NCBI GenBank assembly: GCA_963707955.1
Contig: OY970176.1
Span: 992,001-1,056,000 of the forward strand
Source of the DNA: Candidatus Bathyarchaeota archaeon
Lineage (GTDB): Archaea; Thermoproteota; Bathyarchaeia; Bathyarchaeales; Bathycorpusculaceae
Direction of reading: 5' to 3'
DNA length: 64,000 bases
The notes beneath the pieces were generated by a model. It did not search any database, was not told the DNA's origin, and saw only the letters and a list, made by a program, of their open reading frames with translations. Numbering within the stretch: position 1 is the stretch's first letter; the number at the start of each line of letters is the position of its first letter. Shown here one piece after another: positions 8,531 to 18,229 of the stretch. The translations under genes and the position numbers were made by a program.

Positions 8531-9961
8531 CTATTTTGAGGAAAAAAGCGTAATTTGTAATTTGCGGATTGGCGTTTGTTTGTTCTTTTTTCTTTTTTTG
8601 GCGGCTAACACCGTCAGTAATAGTAGCGCGGCTAGTGTTAGGAGCGGTAGTGCGGTTGCTGTTGGGTATTCCGGTATGACGCCTGTACCGATTATCTGGA
8701 TGCTGTGGGTGATTTGGCTGGAGTTGAGGTAGATGCTTGTGTAGGTTTGGTTTTCAGTTATCACGGCTTCGGCGGTGATGTCCGTTCCGTCTAAGAACAC
8801 CTTCCAAGGACCGCTCAGTAGAGCCGTGGGTGTTGAAAGGTTGAAGTAGCCTGTGGTGTTGGCCGGGCCATTCAGGTTGAACGTGACTTCCTTGTCTGCT
8901 TGGTCAAAGTTGAACGCTGATACAGTGCTGTTGCTGACGAGCGAAACCGGGAAGACCGTGTTATCCCAGAAAACCTGAAGCGGGTTCACGGGGTTTATGA
9001 GCGGATAGTAGTCAACACCATGCCAAGGCAGGTTAGTGTCGCCCACGCCGTCGCCAGCGACTCTCCCGCCGCTGCCGTTATCTAGGCCAGTGTAATCGCT
9101 CCAGTAGTTCCCTCTTCCTCCCGCGCTCCAAATGTCAGTTTTAGAGAAATTTTCTGTTGTCGGTCCAAGAATATTGATAAAGTTGTTACTGAGGAATGTG
9201 TTGTTGTATTCAGCAGAGCTAATCACAGCGCTGCTATTTTCGATGTCATTCGTCAATATGGAGTTGCTGCTAGAGCTGTCCAGAACGATTGCTCCAAAGG
9301 AGCAATTCGTTATAACGTTGTCGCTCATGGTGTTGTTGGCAGATGCTTCAAAGTAGATTCCATATCCAAATATCAGGCCTACGTTCGAGCCTATTGTTGA
9401 AGACACGATATTGCGTGAAATGTTGCCGAAGAAAGAGTTGTCCAGCACTATCCCCGCAACGCCGCAGTACGTTATGACGTTCCCGCTTACGACGGAGCTG
9501 TTAGAATGATCAACGTAGAGACCCATGCCGCAGTACGTTATGACGTTTTCGCTTACGACGGAGCTGTTAGAATGATCAACGTAAAAACCCCATGAACTGT
9601 TTCTCACAGTGAAGCCATCGACTAGGACGTTGTCAGCTGTTAATGTAATGGCGTTGCCACCGTTGGACCCGTCTATTATCGTGTCTTCCTTGTCTGTTCC
9701 CAAGAGTGTCAGTGTCTTGTTTATGGTCACGTGCTCGTAGTAGATTCCGCTGTCTACAAGGATTGTGCTTCCATTCTGTGCAGCGTTGATTGCCTCTTGA
9801 ATTGTTGGAAAATCGCTCGGCACCCTAATGATGTTTGCATCAGCCTTAACAGTAGCAGCTTGGAAGCACGGCACCAAAGCCACCAAAAACAGAAATACTA
9901 ACGCCAAAAATGCAAATGCGTTAGAGAAGTCGCATCTAAAGCCCAAGGTTTTCCTCGCCAT
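8531..9961 (-). CDS. NosD-like parallel beta-helix surface protein with PEF-CTERM-like anchor
   Basis: Signal peptide, VPSDFPTIQEAIN, beta-helix repeats, GNYWSDY, C-terminal VIPEYP plus TM plus KKRKK. Confidence 0.88.
   Translation of the reverse strand: MARKTLGFRCDFSNAFAFLALVFLFLVALVPCFQAATVKADANIIRVPSDFPTIQEAINAAQNGSTILVDSGIYYEHVTINKTLTLLGTDKEDTIIDGSNGGNAITLTADNVLVDGFTVRNSSWGFYVDHSNSSVVSENVITYCGMGLYVDHSNSSVVSGNVITYCGVAGIVLDNSFFGNISRNIVSSTIGSNVGLIFGYGIYFEASANNTMSDNVITNCSFGAIVLDSSSSNSILTNDIENSSAVISSAEYNNTFLSNNFINILGPTTENFSKTDIWSAGGRGNYWSDYTGLDNGSGGRVAGDGVGDTNLPWHGVDYYPLINPVNPLQVFWDNTVFPVSLVSNSTVSAFNFDQADKEVTFNLNGPANTTGYFNLSTPTALLSGPWKVFLDGTDITAEAVITENQTYTSIYLNSSQITHSIQIIGTGVIPEYPTATALPLLTLAALLLLTVLAAKKRKKNKQTPIRKLQITLFSSK
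9461..9592. repeat. 66-bp tandem duplication (one beta-helix turn)
   Basis: Near-identical copies start at 9461 and 9527; protein YVDHSNSSVVSxNVITYCG occurs twice. Confidence 0.9.
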
Positions 9962-10027
9962 ACAATCATGGAAAGAACTTATATATATAATATTTGTTGA
10001 ATATATCTCAAGCTTGGAGAAGCGTTA

Positions 10028-13000
10028 ATGAAAAGATTGATTTGCGCAGTGTTGGTAACTGTCTTTTTCATTTCCTCGATTCCAGCCTTCACACTCGCTG
10101 CAGGCTCGGAGGCGCAAGCTGTACAGTTCAGAACCGTGTGGGAAAACCCGTACACGCTGACAACGTATCATCCGGACAACGAGGTCAACTCCACCTTCTA
10201 CACGTTTCCACAGGTGATTTGGAACGGCTCCCAGTACGTCAACTACATCCTGAACTCGTCCGACATGAGCGCAGGCATAGGCTCAGTGTACATCAAAGTC
10301 TGCCCCGACCACACGGTTTTCTACGATCCCCACCAGAAGGAGGAGGAAATAGAGAGTGAAAGCTGGAATGTCGAATGTTACAACACTTCAAGCCTGGAAT
10401 GGGAAACTGACTGTCCCATAAGCAACAGCGTCTGCTACCTGGTTAATTCGTCGGGCATATACTTCGACAGAACAACCATCCTCCGTTCAGGCGCCACCCT
10501 TGACGAGCAGTACTGGCTTAGAATAGGTTCAGAGCTGAAGATCTCAGTCACACTTCATCCCGTCCAAGCCACCGAATACAGTCTGATCTGGCAACTCGGC
10601 GGAGTTTCAGGCACAAAGGCACGGTGGCTCACGACAACACAGAACATAACTGCACAGCTCGTGAATGATCCGTCTTGCTCAAGTGTACAATTCGCCAGCG
10701 GCAACGAGTCCAAATCCCTCGTGGACTGGTCTGACGCCTTCATCTTCAACGAATCAACCGAGAAATACACAACGTGTTTTCAGCAGCTCGAATTCCAGAA
10801 AGGCGTTTCCGATGGCCAATGCCAAGCGAGAATATCGTTCGGAGACTTTATGTTAGCACCTGAAGAACCTTTGACGCTAGATCCCTATGTTGCTACCTTC
10901 AATTCAACAGGAGCCTCGTCGGGCTTTATCGAACAATACGGGCTTTCTTATCCTCCCCCCCTTCCCAACGGGGGAACACTCGTCGACACAGGTGATTCCC
11001 TTTATGTGGGTCAGAATTACAATCAGGGAAACGGCGGTTACATGATAGATCGAAGCTATCTCAGTTTCGACACATCGTCGATTCCTGCTATGGCCTACAA
11101 CATGAGCGCGACTCTGCAGTTGGAGGCGGGCCTTCTTAGTTCTCTAGTTAATTTCACGGTGCAAGTTTGGGGTGGCAACCAGCCCGTCTGCAGCGGCAAC
11201 CTCACGATTATGGATGGAACCCAGCCCATTTACAACGACGATCTGAACGCTGACAGCTGGGGTAGTGGAAGGGTTCAAGTAGCTGCGTGGAACACCGCAA
11301 ACTACCAGAGCGGCGTTTACGTCAACCTAACGATCCCTCCCAACCAAATCAACAAAGTGGACAGCACAGAGTTTGAGCTGAACTCGAGCAGAGAGGGAAC
11401 GCCGCCAGGGGGAGACGAGTTCGTCCAATTCTACGGTGACAACTCAACAGGCAACGGGCCAGAACTCGAAGTAAGCTACTGTCTAGACACGGTGACCATC
11501 AACGGGGAAACTTGGTTTTATCGTAATGCCAGCACTAGTAAGGTTGTAATCGTCCTATTCGGCGCTTACTGGTACGAAGATCATTTAGAGATTAGATCCA
11601 TTGATTGGCTAGGCGATCTTTCATATAACGACCGTCCTGAGAAAGACATCGGGAAGATAATGTTCATTGATGCTTTGATCGCAAGTGGATTTTCAGTTTA
11701 TACGCCAAGCTGCTCAAGCATAAACCCGGTGGATGCACCGAGCCAAGCCATTGGTTATGTAAGCAACTATAAATCCGATTCGACTTGGGTGCAAGATCTG
11801 ACTATGGATCTCATGTACAATGCAAGCTACACACAAGTGTATCTCTTCGGATTTTCTGGAGGAGGAATTGTTGTTGGGAATGAGATTCAGAAGGACTATG
11901 CTTTCAGATTCTCCGCCGCGGTAATGAATTGTGCTGTTGTTGATTGGAGTATTGCCACGGGTCAAATATACCATACTGCTGGCACTTCATCCAAAGCGAG
12001 GGTGGCCACGTCTTTCGTGGAAAATGTGAATGACACGCTGTCCACACTGCCCCCCACGATTGTCTACAATCAAATGCTTTCGTACTGGGGTAATGAGACC
12101 GTCCAAAAAGAGTGGCACGATTGGATGGGTGGTCATGGAGATTTCTTCACGCCCAATTGCACTTGCCTGGACCCACCTTACGAGAATGATTCGGTGGCAG
12201 TTATCGGCTGGTTCAACGCCTATCACCCGCCCAACACCCCTTTTATTGCAACTGGCAGTCAAACCATCGTTGCAAACACCGGTTACTCGTACTCTTCAGG
12301 CACGGTCGATCCTAACGGCCAAAACGTTTCATACCAGTTCAACTGGGGAGATGGGACGAGCAACACCACGGGATATTACCCCTCTGGAACGAATGTTACC
12401 TGCACTCATGCATGGTCCAACCAGGGTTCTTATAACATCACAGTGCTTGCACAGGACAGTCAGAACTCAAGCTTTTGGTCTCCACCGTTAACTGTAAACG
12501 TGTACTCCGCAAGCATAACAGGGTGCAACGTCTACTACAGCGATGCCTCGCAGAACCTGACAACTTTCGACATGGACGCACAACAAGATTATAATGTGAC
12601 CGTGAACTTCACATGGCATGCCGCGAGGACATACGATGTCTCTCTGCTTGTCGCCGTGCTCAATCCCAATGGTGTGTGGGCGTGGTACTCATATCCCGGT
12701 GTGTATTTCGATGTTTTGGATCCAAATAACTACACAGAACCCCTGCAAATAATGAAATGGATTCCTTCAGCAGGAACCGGCACCCTAATGATAACTCTTA
12801 CGTCCAATAGCTCCTACTGTGCAGTTCCATGGAACGAGGCTGTTAAGATCGTAAGCTCGAATAACCCTCCTAACTCGCCATCGTTTACCTATGGCACTTG
12901 GTCAGGATATAACGGAACTATCTATAATTACGGTGCCAACGCCACAGACCCCGACGGAGACAACATCCAGTACGTTTTCAACTGGGGCGACGGAACGGCC

Positions 13001-14053
13001 AACACGACGACGGCTTGGAGTGCATCAGGCGTGCAGGGAACCGCACACCACAAATGGACGTCGCCGGGAACGTACAACATCACGGTCTACGTGTATGACC
13101 CCTACAGAGCGTGCAGCAGCAACACCACCACGGTCACCATGACCCAAAGAGGCGGCGGCTGTCCATACGTTTACGATTGGAACGGCTCGGCATACGTGAA
13201 GGACAACAACATCTTGCCAGCGTCCGAGAATGGTAACGGCACCGACACCAAAGACTACTACCTGCTTCAGCAACCCCTCGTGCCCGTTTTCAGCACGAAG
13301 CAAAAGTCTGTGTACTCGCTGCAGATCGGCGAGTTCGAAAACGACACAGACTACATCGACCAGGCTCAACTCATAGCCGTAGACCATTCGCAGGGCACTG
13401 GCATAGCAGTGACCCAGCAGGGCCAAATCATCGCGTACAAGAACCTGGCCTCTCCCATAACGTGCATTGACAACAACGACAACAGCGAGCTGGCCGAGAT
13501 AAGCAGCATGAACGGAAACGTCTCCGACCCCTCCACGTACTATCAAGGCAACAAAGGCGACTGGCTACTCTTAGACTTCGGCACGGTCACAGGCCCCCAC
13601 GCCAACCTCATCCTAAGAGACGACATGAAATGCATCGCGGACAACTGCATAGACGTGCAGGTGCCTAACGCTACAGGCGGATGGCAAACGATTGACGTGC
13701 TGAACCCCAGAGACTTCTGGAGCATGGAAGCAGTCAACATGACAGCCTACCTGCCCGCGAACGGCGACTTCATCGTCAGACTGTTGTGGACGCAAACCCA
13801 CAGGCTCGACTACGTGGGACTCGACACTTCACCGCCCGCTCCAGTACAAGTAAGCTCAGCACCGCCAACACTGGCCATCCACTCAACTTTAGGCAACGTG
13901 ACTTCAAAGCTGCTGTACGACGACGAACAGTGCGTGGAACTAGTCAACGGCCAGCAGATAACAATATGGTTCACCCTGCCCAGCCAAGCAAAAGGCACGA
14001 CAAGAAGCTTCATCCTCTACACAGACGGCTACTACTACACGATAACACCATAG
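10028..14053 (+). CDS. large secreted multidomain protein: alpha/beta hydrolase plus two PKD domains plus C-terminal module
   Basis: Signal peptide; GFSGGG nucleophile elbow with later Asp and GGH; two YxFNWGDGT PKD motifs; GGGCPYVYDWNG module; many NxS/T sequons. Confidence 0.85.
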   Translation: MKRLICAVLVTVFFISSIPAFTLAAGSEAQAVQFRTVWENPYTLTTYHPDNEVNSTFYTFPQVIWNGSQYVNYILNSSDMSAGIGSVYIKVCPDHTVFYDPHQKEEEIESESWNVECYNTSSLEWETDCPISNSVCYLVNSSGIYFDRTTILRSGATLDEQYWLRIGSELKISVTLHPVQATEYSLIWQLGGVSGTKARWLTTTQNITAQLVNDPSCSSVQFASGNESKSLVDWSDAFIFNESTEKYTTCFQQLEFQKGVSDGQCQARISFGDFMLAPEEPLTLDPYVATFNSTGASSGFIEQYGLSYPPPLPNGGTLVDTGDSLYVGQNYNQGNGGYMIDRSYLSFDTSSIPAMAYNMSATLQLEAGLLSSLVNFTVQVWGGNQPVCSGNLTIMDGTQPIYNDDLNADSWGSGRVQVAAWNTANYQSGVYVNLTIPPNQINKVDSTEFELNSSREGTPPGGDEFVQFYGDNSTGNGPELEVSYCLDTVTINGETWFYRNASTSKVVIVLFGAYWYEDHLEIRSIDWLGDLSYNDRPEKDIGKIMFIDALIASGFSVYTPSCSSINPVDAPSQAIGYVSNYKSDSTWVQDLTMDLMYNASYTQVYLFGFSGGGIVVGNEIQKDYAFRFSAAVMNCAVVDWSIATGQIYHTAGTSSKARVATSFVENVNDTLSTLPPTIVYNQMLSYWGNETVQKEWHDWMGGHGDFFTPNCTCLDPPYENDSVAVIGWFNAYHPPNTPFIATGSQTIVANTGYSYSSGTVDPNGQNVSYQFNWGDGTSNTTGYYPSGTNVTCTHAWSNQGSYNITVLAQDSQNSSFWSPPLTVNVYSASITGCNVYYSDASQNLTTFDMDAQQDYNVTVNFTWHAARTYDVSLLVAVLNPNGVWAWYSYPGVYFDVLDPNNYTEPLQIMKWIPSAGTGTLMITLTSNSSYCAVPWNEAVKIVSSNNPPNSPSFTYGTWSGYNGTIYNYGANATDPDGDNIQYVFNWGDGTANTTTAWSASGVQGTAHHKWTSPGTYNITVYVYDPYRACSSNTTTVTMTQRGGGCPYVYDWNGSAYVKDNNILPASENGNGTDTKDYYLLQQPLVPVFSTKQKSVYSLQIGEFENDTDYIDQAQLIAVDHSQGTGIAVTQQGQIIAYKNLASPITCIDNNDNSELAEISSMNGNVSDPSTYYQGNKGDWLLLDFGTVTGPHANLILRDDMKCIADNCIDVQVPNATGGWQTIDVLNPRDFWSMEAVNMTAYLPANGDFIVRLLWTQTHRLDYVGLDTSPPAPVQVSSAPPTLAIHSTLGNVTSKLLYDDEQCVELVNGQQITIWFTLPSQAKGTTRSFILYTDGYYYTITP

Positions 14054-14314
14054 AAAGCAAAACCTAGAAACCCAAACCACATTCCTTTTTTTGTCCAGTG
14101 TACATGCCTTTACGTCCATGGCTTTGTCCTTATCATACAGCGTGCGCGGCTGGGTTTTCGCGCGCGCGCTCGTGTCGAAAAATAGCAAATCTTGGGGTTC
14201 CATCAAATCCTGAACGGAGCAGTTTTCTCATAAACTGTAGAAGCTACACGTCCGAGATTTTTTCGCTGAAGGGAACTGCTCCTTTTTTCCTCTGCACGGT
14301 TTTTCTGCTTTTGT

Positions 14315-14506
14315 TTAGTTTAGTTCGTAAATTCCGTGAGCTATCATAAGGAAGCCGATTACGACGCCTATTATCCCCAAAGGCAGCTCATACAACCCAA
14401 TGCCCACCAGAACAGCCCCTACAAGAATAGGTACACCAACTCTGAGGCCTCCCCTTCTCAGCAGAAGACCCATGAAGTCGTATATCTCGGACTCCTCTTC
14501 ACTCAG
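14315..14506 (-). CDS. small two-TM membrane protein (not in ORF track)
   Basis: Manual translation LSEEESEIYDFMGLLLRRGGLRVGVPILVGAVLVGIGLYELPLGIIGVVIGFLMIAHGIYELN*; possible CTG start. Confidence 0.45.
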   Translation of the reverse strand: MSEEESEIYDFMGLLLRRGGLRVGVPILVGAVLVGIGLYELPLGIIGVVIGFLMIAHGIYELN

Positions 14507-14598
14507 TCTTCAACACCTTTTCATTTTCTATCAAAATCCCATTAAAATCCCTATCGAGAGTATGCTCAGAACGATCGTACTCTTTTGTCATTCATTCA

Positions 14599-15073
14599 TT
14601 AAGACATCTTCTTGACATATTCGAGAACCTTTGGGATTCTGCTCGTCCCAGCTACAGTCAGTGCGGGAATGGCTCCCATGAGTACCATGAGCGGCCCAAC
14701 CAGTCCCGCAGGCGGTTCGTGGCTGAAGAAAAGGTTTGGAGATGCAAACTCGAAGGCGAAGAACACGACGTTCATTACAAGTATGGCTTCAGCCATGAGC
14801 CCACACCAAACAAGAGCAAATCGAACTTGGAATCTTCTGGTCCTTAAATGGCTGTAGAATAACTCAGACAAAACTGCCTGGAATGAGAATAATAGTGAGA
14901 GAAACAGTCATGAACACGCGTACAGCGGGAAAGAATGCCATCTGTCGATTCACTCCGAACGCGTCCCCGATCAGAGGCCACCCGAACAATATCAAGAAAC
15001 CGACAGCGAAAACATAGACTAACAGGAGATAATTGTAGAGGTCTGACCATCGGTAGCCGTAGTCTTTGCTCAT
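14599..15073 (-). pseudogene. membrane protein split into two overlapping ORFs (14864-15073 and 14599-14871)
   Basis: Two hydrophobic ORFs overlapping by 8 nt; either one frameshifted gene or two small genes. Confidence 0.4.
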
Positions 15074-15298
15074 AAAGTCAACCTAACCCGTATACGCCAG
15101 CCCTAACGCCAGCAGACCCAAACATATCGTAGCAATACCGAAGTCAGGGGTCAGGATCCAGCACGTAAACCCAAGCGCCATACTTATCTCGCTGATAATG
15201 TCAGTTATGAAGCTATTATACGTTTGCAGCATGTGTCGTGCCAGCGTCGTTGAATAAGCGCGCAGATACTAGAGAACAGTACAAATTCGCAATGTTTA

Positions 15299-15321
15299 TG
15301 GCGGGCCCGCCGGGATTTGAA
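15299..15321 (-). other. isolated tRNA 3'-end fragment (att-like scar)
   Basis: Minus strand reads TTCAAATCCCGGCGGGCCCGCCA (T-loop to CCA); 4 mismatches to the adjacent tRNA-Gly. Confidence 0.75.
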
Positions 15322-15330
15322 TACGAATTA

Positions 15331-15409
15331 TGGTGCGGTCGCCGGGATTTGAACCCGGGATCGCAAGCTTGGAGGGCTTGCGTCCTAAACCAGACTAGAC
15401 CACGACCGC
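15331..15409 (-). tRNA. tRNA-Gly(TCC), CCA encoded
   Basis: Acceptor GCGGTCG/CGACCGC, anticodon arm CAAGC-CCTCCAA-GCTTG, T-loop GGTTCAAATCC; C at position 33. Confidence 0.92.
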
Positions 15410-15458
15410 TCTATTTTGTGCAGTACATTAGCATTGGTGGGCTAGATAAGATTTCTTT

Positions 15459-16124
15459 TCATTCCCTGCGCGGCTTTTCCTCTGGCTTAAACAGTTTTTT
15501 CTCATACTTCGGTCTCGGCCTGAAACTTCCATGAAGGGCAGGCATGGATGTTCGTTGCCTTTCGAGATTCCTGATTCGCGCATACAGCTTCGAAACCCTC
15601 GTCTTGGAAGGTATCTTGGATCTGGGAATCTTAACGTGAACTGGGGTGAATGGTTTCTTGATTTCAGTGAACGCACGTTTCCTTCTGGTCTGTACCTGCT
15701 TCACTTTTCTGAAGAGAACGTAACCCTCTTTCACATTGACTTCCCGAACTTCCCAGCCAGCGTCCAGCCAACCGTGGGCGTGCGGACTGCTCGGCGAGTT
15801 GTCCCACCATTTCTCGCTGCGGTACGCGCTCATCGGCAGGTTCTCGCCGATTATGCCATCAATTCGTGCAAAACTAAGCTTGACGCTTCCGGTGAAGGCT
15901 CCTCTGAACCGCAGGTAACCCGTAAGACCAACATACTTGGAAACGGTCGTTCGTGAGACAACTCTTCTTGCACAGTTCAGACAGAACAATCTGGTTGGGT
16001 CACCTGTCACGACGTCAGGGATCATGCAGTCCCTGCAGTAAAACCGTCCGCATCTCTGGCACCGCCTGAGATAACTTGTTCGAAGCACTCTCTTGCAGAT
16101 TCCACATTCGTCCTTGAACGGCAT
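15459..16124 (-). CDS. Zn-finger protein with a conserved SFxxIxxIIG...W..AGW domain
   Basis: Four CxxC pairs at the N-terminus; LPMSAY...WW.N...W..AGW.V. Confidence 0.8.
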   Translation of the reverse strand: MPFKDECGICKRVLRTSYLRRCQRCGRFYCRDCMIPDVVTGDPTRLFCLNCARRVVSRTTVSKYVGLTGYLRFRGAFTGSVKLSFARIDGIIGENLPMSAYRSEKWWDNSPSSPHAHGWLDAGWEVREVNVKEGYVLFRKVKQVQTRRKRAFTEIKKPFTPVHVKIPRSKIPSKTRVSKLYARIRNLERQRTSMPALHGSFRPRPKYEKKLFKPEEKPRRE

Positions 16125-16262
16125 CTAAGCCTCCCACATCTACCAGGTGACCTATGTGACTAAGGAGAAGCTGTTGATATAAATCTCCTCTCCCTTGAAA
16201 GTGTACTTGAAATTCATAAGGGAATTAAGGACAAGTTGCACCAGTGCATGTTGTGAAAGAGC

Positions 16263-16676
16263 TTGCTCTTCAGTGAGTACCTTCACGAGAAAGCCGAGGA
16301 ATCGAGGCACAACGAGACCCTCGGCTATCTCATAGTAATAATTGGCTCTTTGTTCTTCATCGGAGGGCTTCTTGTGACGGTGATAACGGTTGCGAACCCA
16401 CAATGGTTCTTGATAATACCTTACCACCTGACGCCGAATCCGTACAGCCTTCTCAGTTTGTCCATGACTTCTGCGGGCCTCACCCTGCTCATCACTGGAA
16501 TAGCTTTAGGGATACACTACGCTAGAGAAAGATCATGGTACATGCAAGAATTGCACAGGTCACATTCAATGGAAGAACAGACACTTAAACTCGATAGGAA
16601 AGTTGAAACGAAAGTGCAGTGGCCGGAAATGGCTGAGACTCAGGCGGAGAGCAAAGCAGAAAGTTCAGGTCAGTAG
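16263..16676 (+). CDS. membrane protein (2 TM)
   Basis: Hydrophobic segments; ORF fills the gap between neighbours. Confidence 0.75.
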   Translation: MLFSEYLHEKAEESRHNETLGYLIVIIGSLFFIGGLLVTVITVANPQWFLIIPYHLTPNPYSLLSLSMTSAGLTLLITGIALGIHYARERSWYMQELHRSHSMEEQTLKLDRKVETKVQWPEMAETQAESKAESSGQ

Positions 16677-16677
16677 T

Positions 16678-18165
16678 CTAGCCTTTCACCACTGCCAACG
16701 GGACAAATCTCGCAACTTTCGTGGCTATGCCAACCTTGTCGCTCACTTCGACCACTGTGTCAACATTCTTGTAGGCCGGATCAGCCTCTTCGGCCAGAAC
16801 CGTGGCGCTCGCAGAGCGGACTTGGATGCCGCGTTTCTCCAAGGCTTTCTTGACGTCGCCACCCCAGAAATTGCGTTTTGCAGCACTTCGACTCAACCTG
16901 CGACCAGCACCATGAGCAGTCGAACCGAACGTTAACTGCATAGCCTTCTCTGCACCAACAAGAAGCCAAGAGCTGGTTCCCATGCTTCCAGGAATGAGCA
17001 CAGGCTGTCCTGCGGAGCGATAAGCTGCTGGAACCTCTGCGTGACCAGGTGGAAACGCCCGGGTCGCACCTTTTCTGTGAACCCAAACCTTCTTCTGAAC
17101 TCCGTCGACGTTATGAGTCTCTATCTTCGCAATGTTGTGCGCTACGTCGTAGACGAGTTTCAACCCGAACTTCTCAGGGTCCTCGTTGAAAACTTGCCGA
17201 AAACTCTGGCGAATCCAGTGCAGGATTGTCTGCCTATTGACGAAGGCGTAGTTGACCGCGCATGCCATGGCCTGAAAGTAGTCCTGTGCTTCCTGACTCT
17301 TTCCAGGCGCGCACGCAAGCTCTCTATCGGGCAACAACAGCTTGTATTTCTGAACAGCTCTTTCCATCACTCGAAGGTAATCCGAGCACACCTGATGACC
17401 AAGGCCCCTCGAACCGCAATGAATCATGAGTGTGACCTGCCCTTCATGTTCGATCCCAAAGGTCTTAGCTGTCTTAGCGTCGACGACCTTGTCAACCTTT
17501 TGGATTTCTAGAAAATGGTTTCCAGAACCAAGCGTGCCAATCTGCGTCAGACCTCTGTTCTTCGCGATTGATGACACCTTGTCAGGGTCAGCGTTTTTCA
17601 TGCAGCCGCTTTCCTCACAGTGGTCGGCGTCTTCAGGCCAGCCCAGCCCATGGTCGATAGCCCAGTAGACACCTTCTACTGCAAGCCTGTCCAAATCGTC
17701 TAGCGATACTTTGAAGTCTTTTCTTCGGCTTCCGAGTCCACACGGAACGTTATCAAAGATCGCGTTTGTGAGTTGACTAAGCTTCGGCCTCACGTCTTGT
17801 TCTGAGAGGTTTGTCGTGACAAGGCGAACACCACAGTTAATGTCATAACCTACTCCGCCAGGGCTGATCACGCCTTCTTCGTAGTCCGTTGCCGCAACGC
17901 CGCCGATTGGAAAACCATAACCCTCGTGACCGTCAGGCAAGGTTATAGCGTGCTTATAGATCCCCGGCAGATGGGCCACGTTTACGCATTGCTGGAGTGT
18001 CCTGTCTGTCTGCATCTTCTCCAGCAAGTCTCTGTTAGCGTATACTATGCCCGGAACCCGCATTCCCGACTTGTACTTGGGAATGCGCCACGAGTAATCG
18101 TCTATTTTCTCAAGCGGAACCTTCTCCGTCGGAGCCCGTCCTTCTCCCTCTTCCATTTCTTTCAC
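16678..18165 (-). CDS. rtcB: tRNA-splicing/RNA ligase RtcB
   Basis: PDGHEGYGFPIGG, GYDINCG, GSGNHFLE, HRKGATR and HGAGR motifs. Confidence 0.98.
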   Translation of the reverse strand: MKEMEEGEGRAPTEKVPLEKIDDYSWRIPKYKSGMRVPGIVYANRDLLEKMQTDRTLQQCVNVAHLPGIYKHAITLPDGHEGYGFPIGGVAATDYEEGVISPGGVGYDINCGVRLVTTNLSEQDVRPKLSQLTNAIFDNVPCGLGSRRKDFKVSLDDLDRLAVEGVYWAIDHGLGWPEDADHCEESGCMKNADPDKVSSIAKNRGLTQIGTLGSGNHFLEIQKVDKVVDAKTAKTFGIEHEGQVTLMIHCGSRGLGHQVCSDYLRVMERAVQKYKLLLPDRELACAPGKSQEAQDYFQAMACAVNYAFVNRQTILHWIRQSFRQVFNEDPEKFGLKLVYDVAHNIAKIETHNVDGVQKKVWVHRKGATRAFPPGHAEVPAAYRSAGQPVLIPGSMGTSSWLLVGAEKAMQLTFGSTAHGAGRRLSRSAAKRNFWGGDVKKALEKRGIQVRSASATVLAEEADPAYKNVDTVVEVSDKVGIATKVARFVPLAVVKG

Positions 18166-18229
18166 CTACTGCTACAGAAAGGTAATAAAGCGGAAATATA
18201 AACGATTTTACAGAATAGACTGATGAGGG

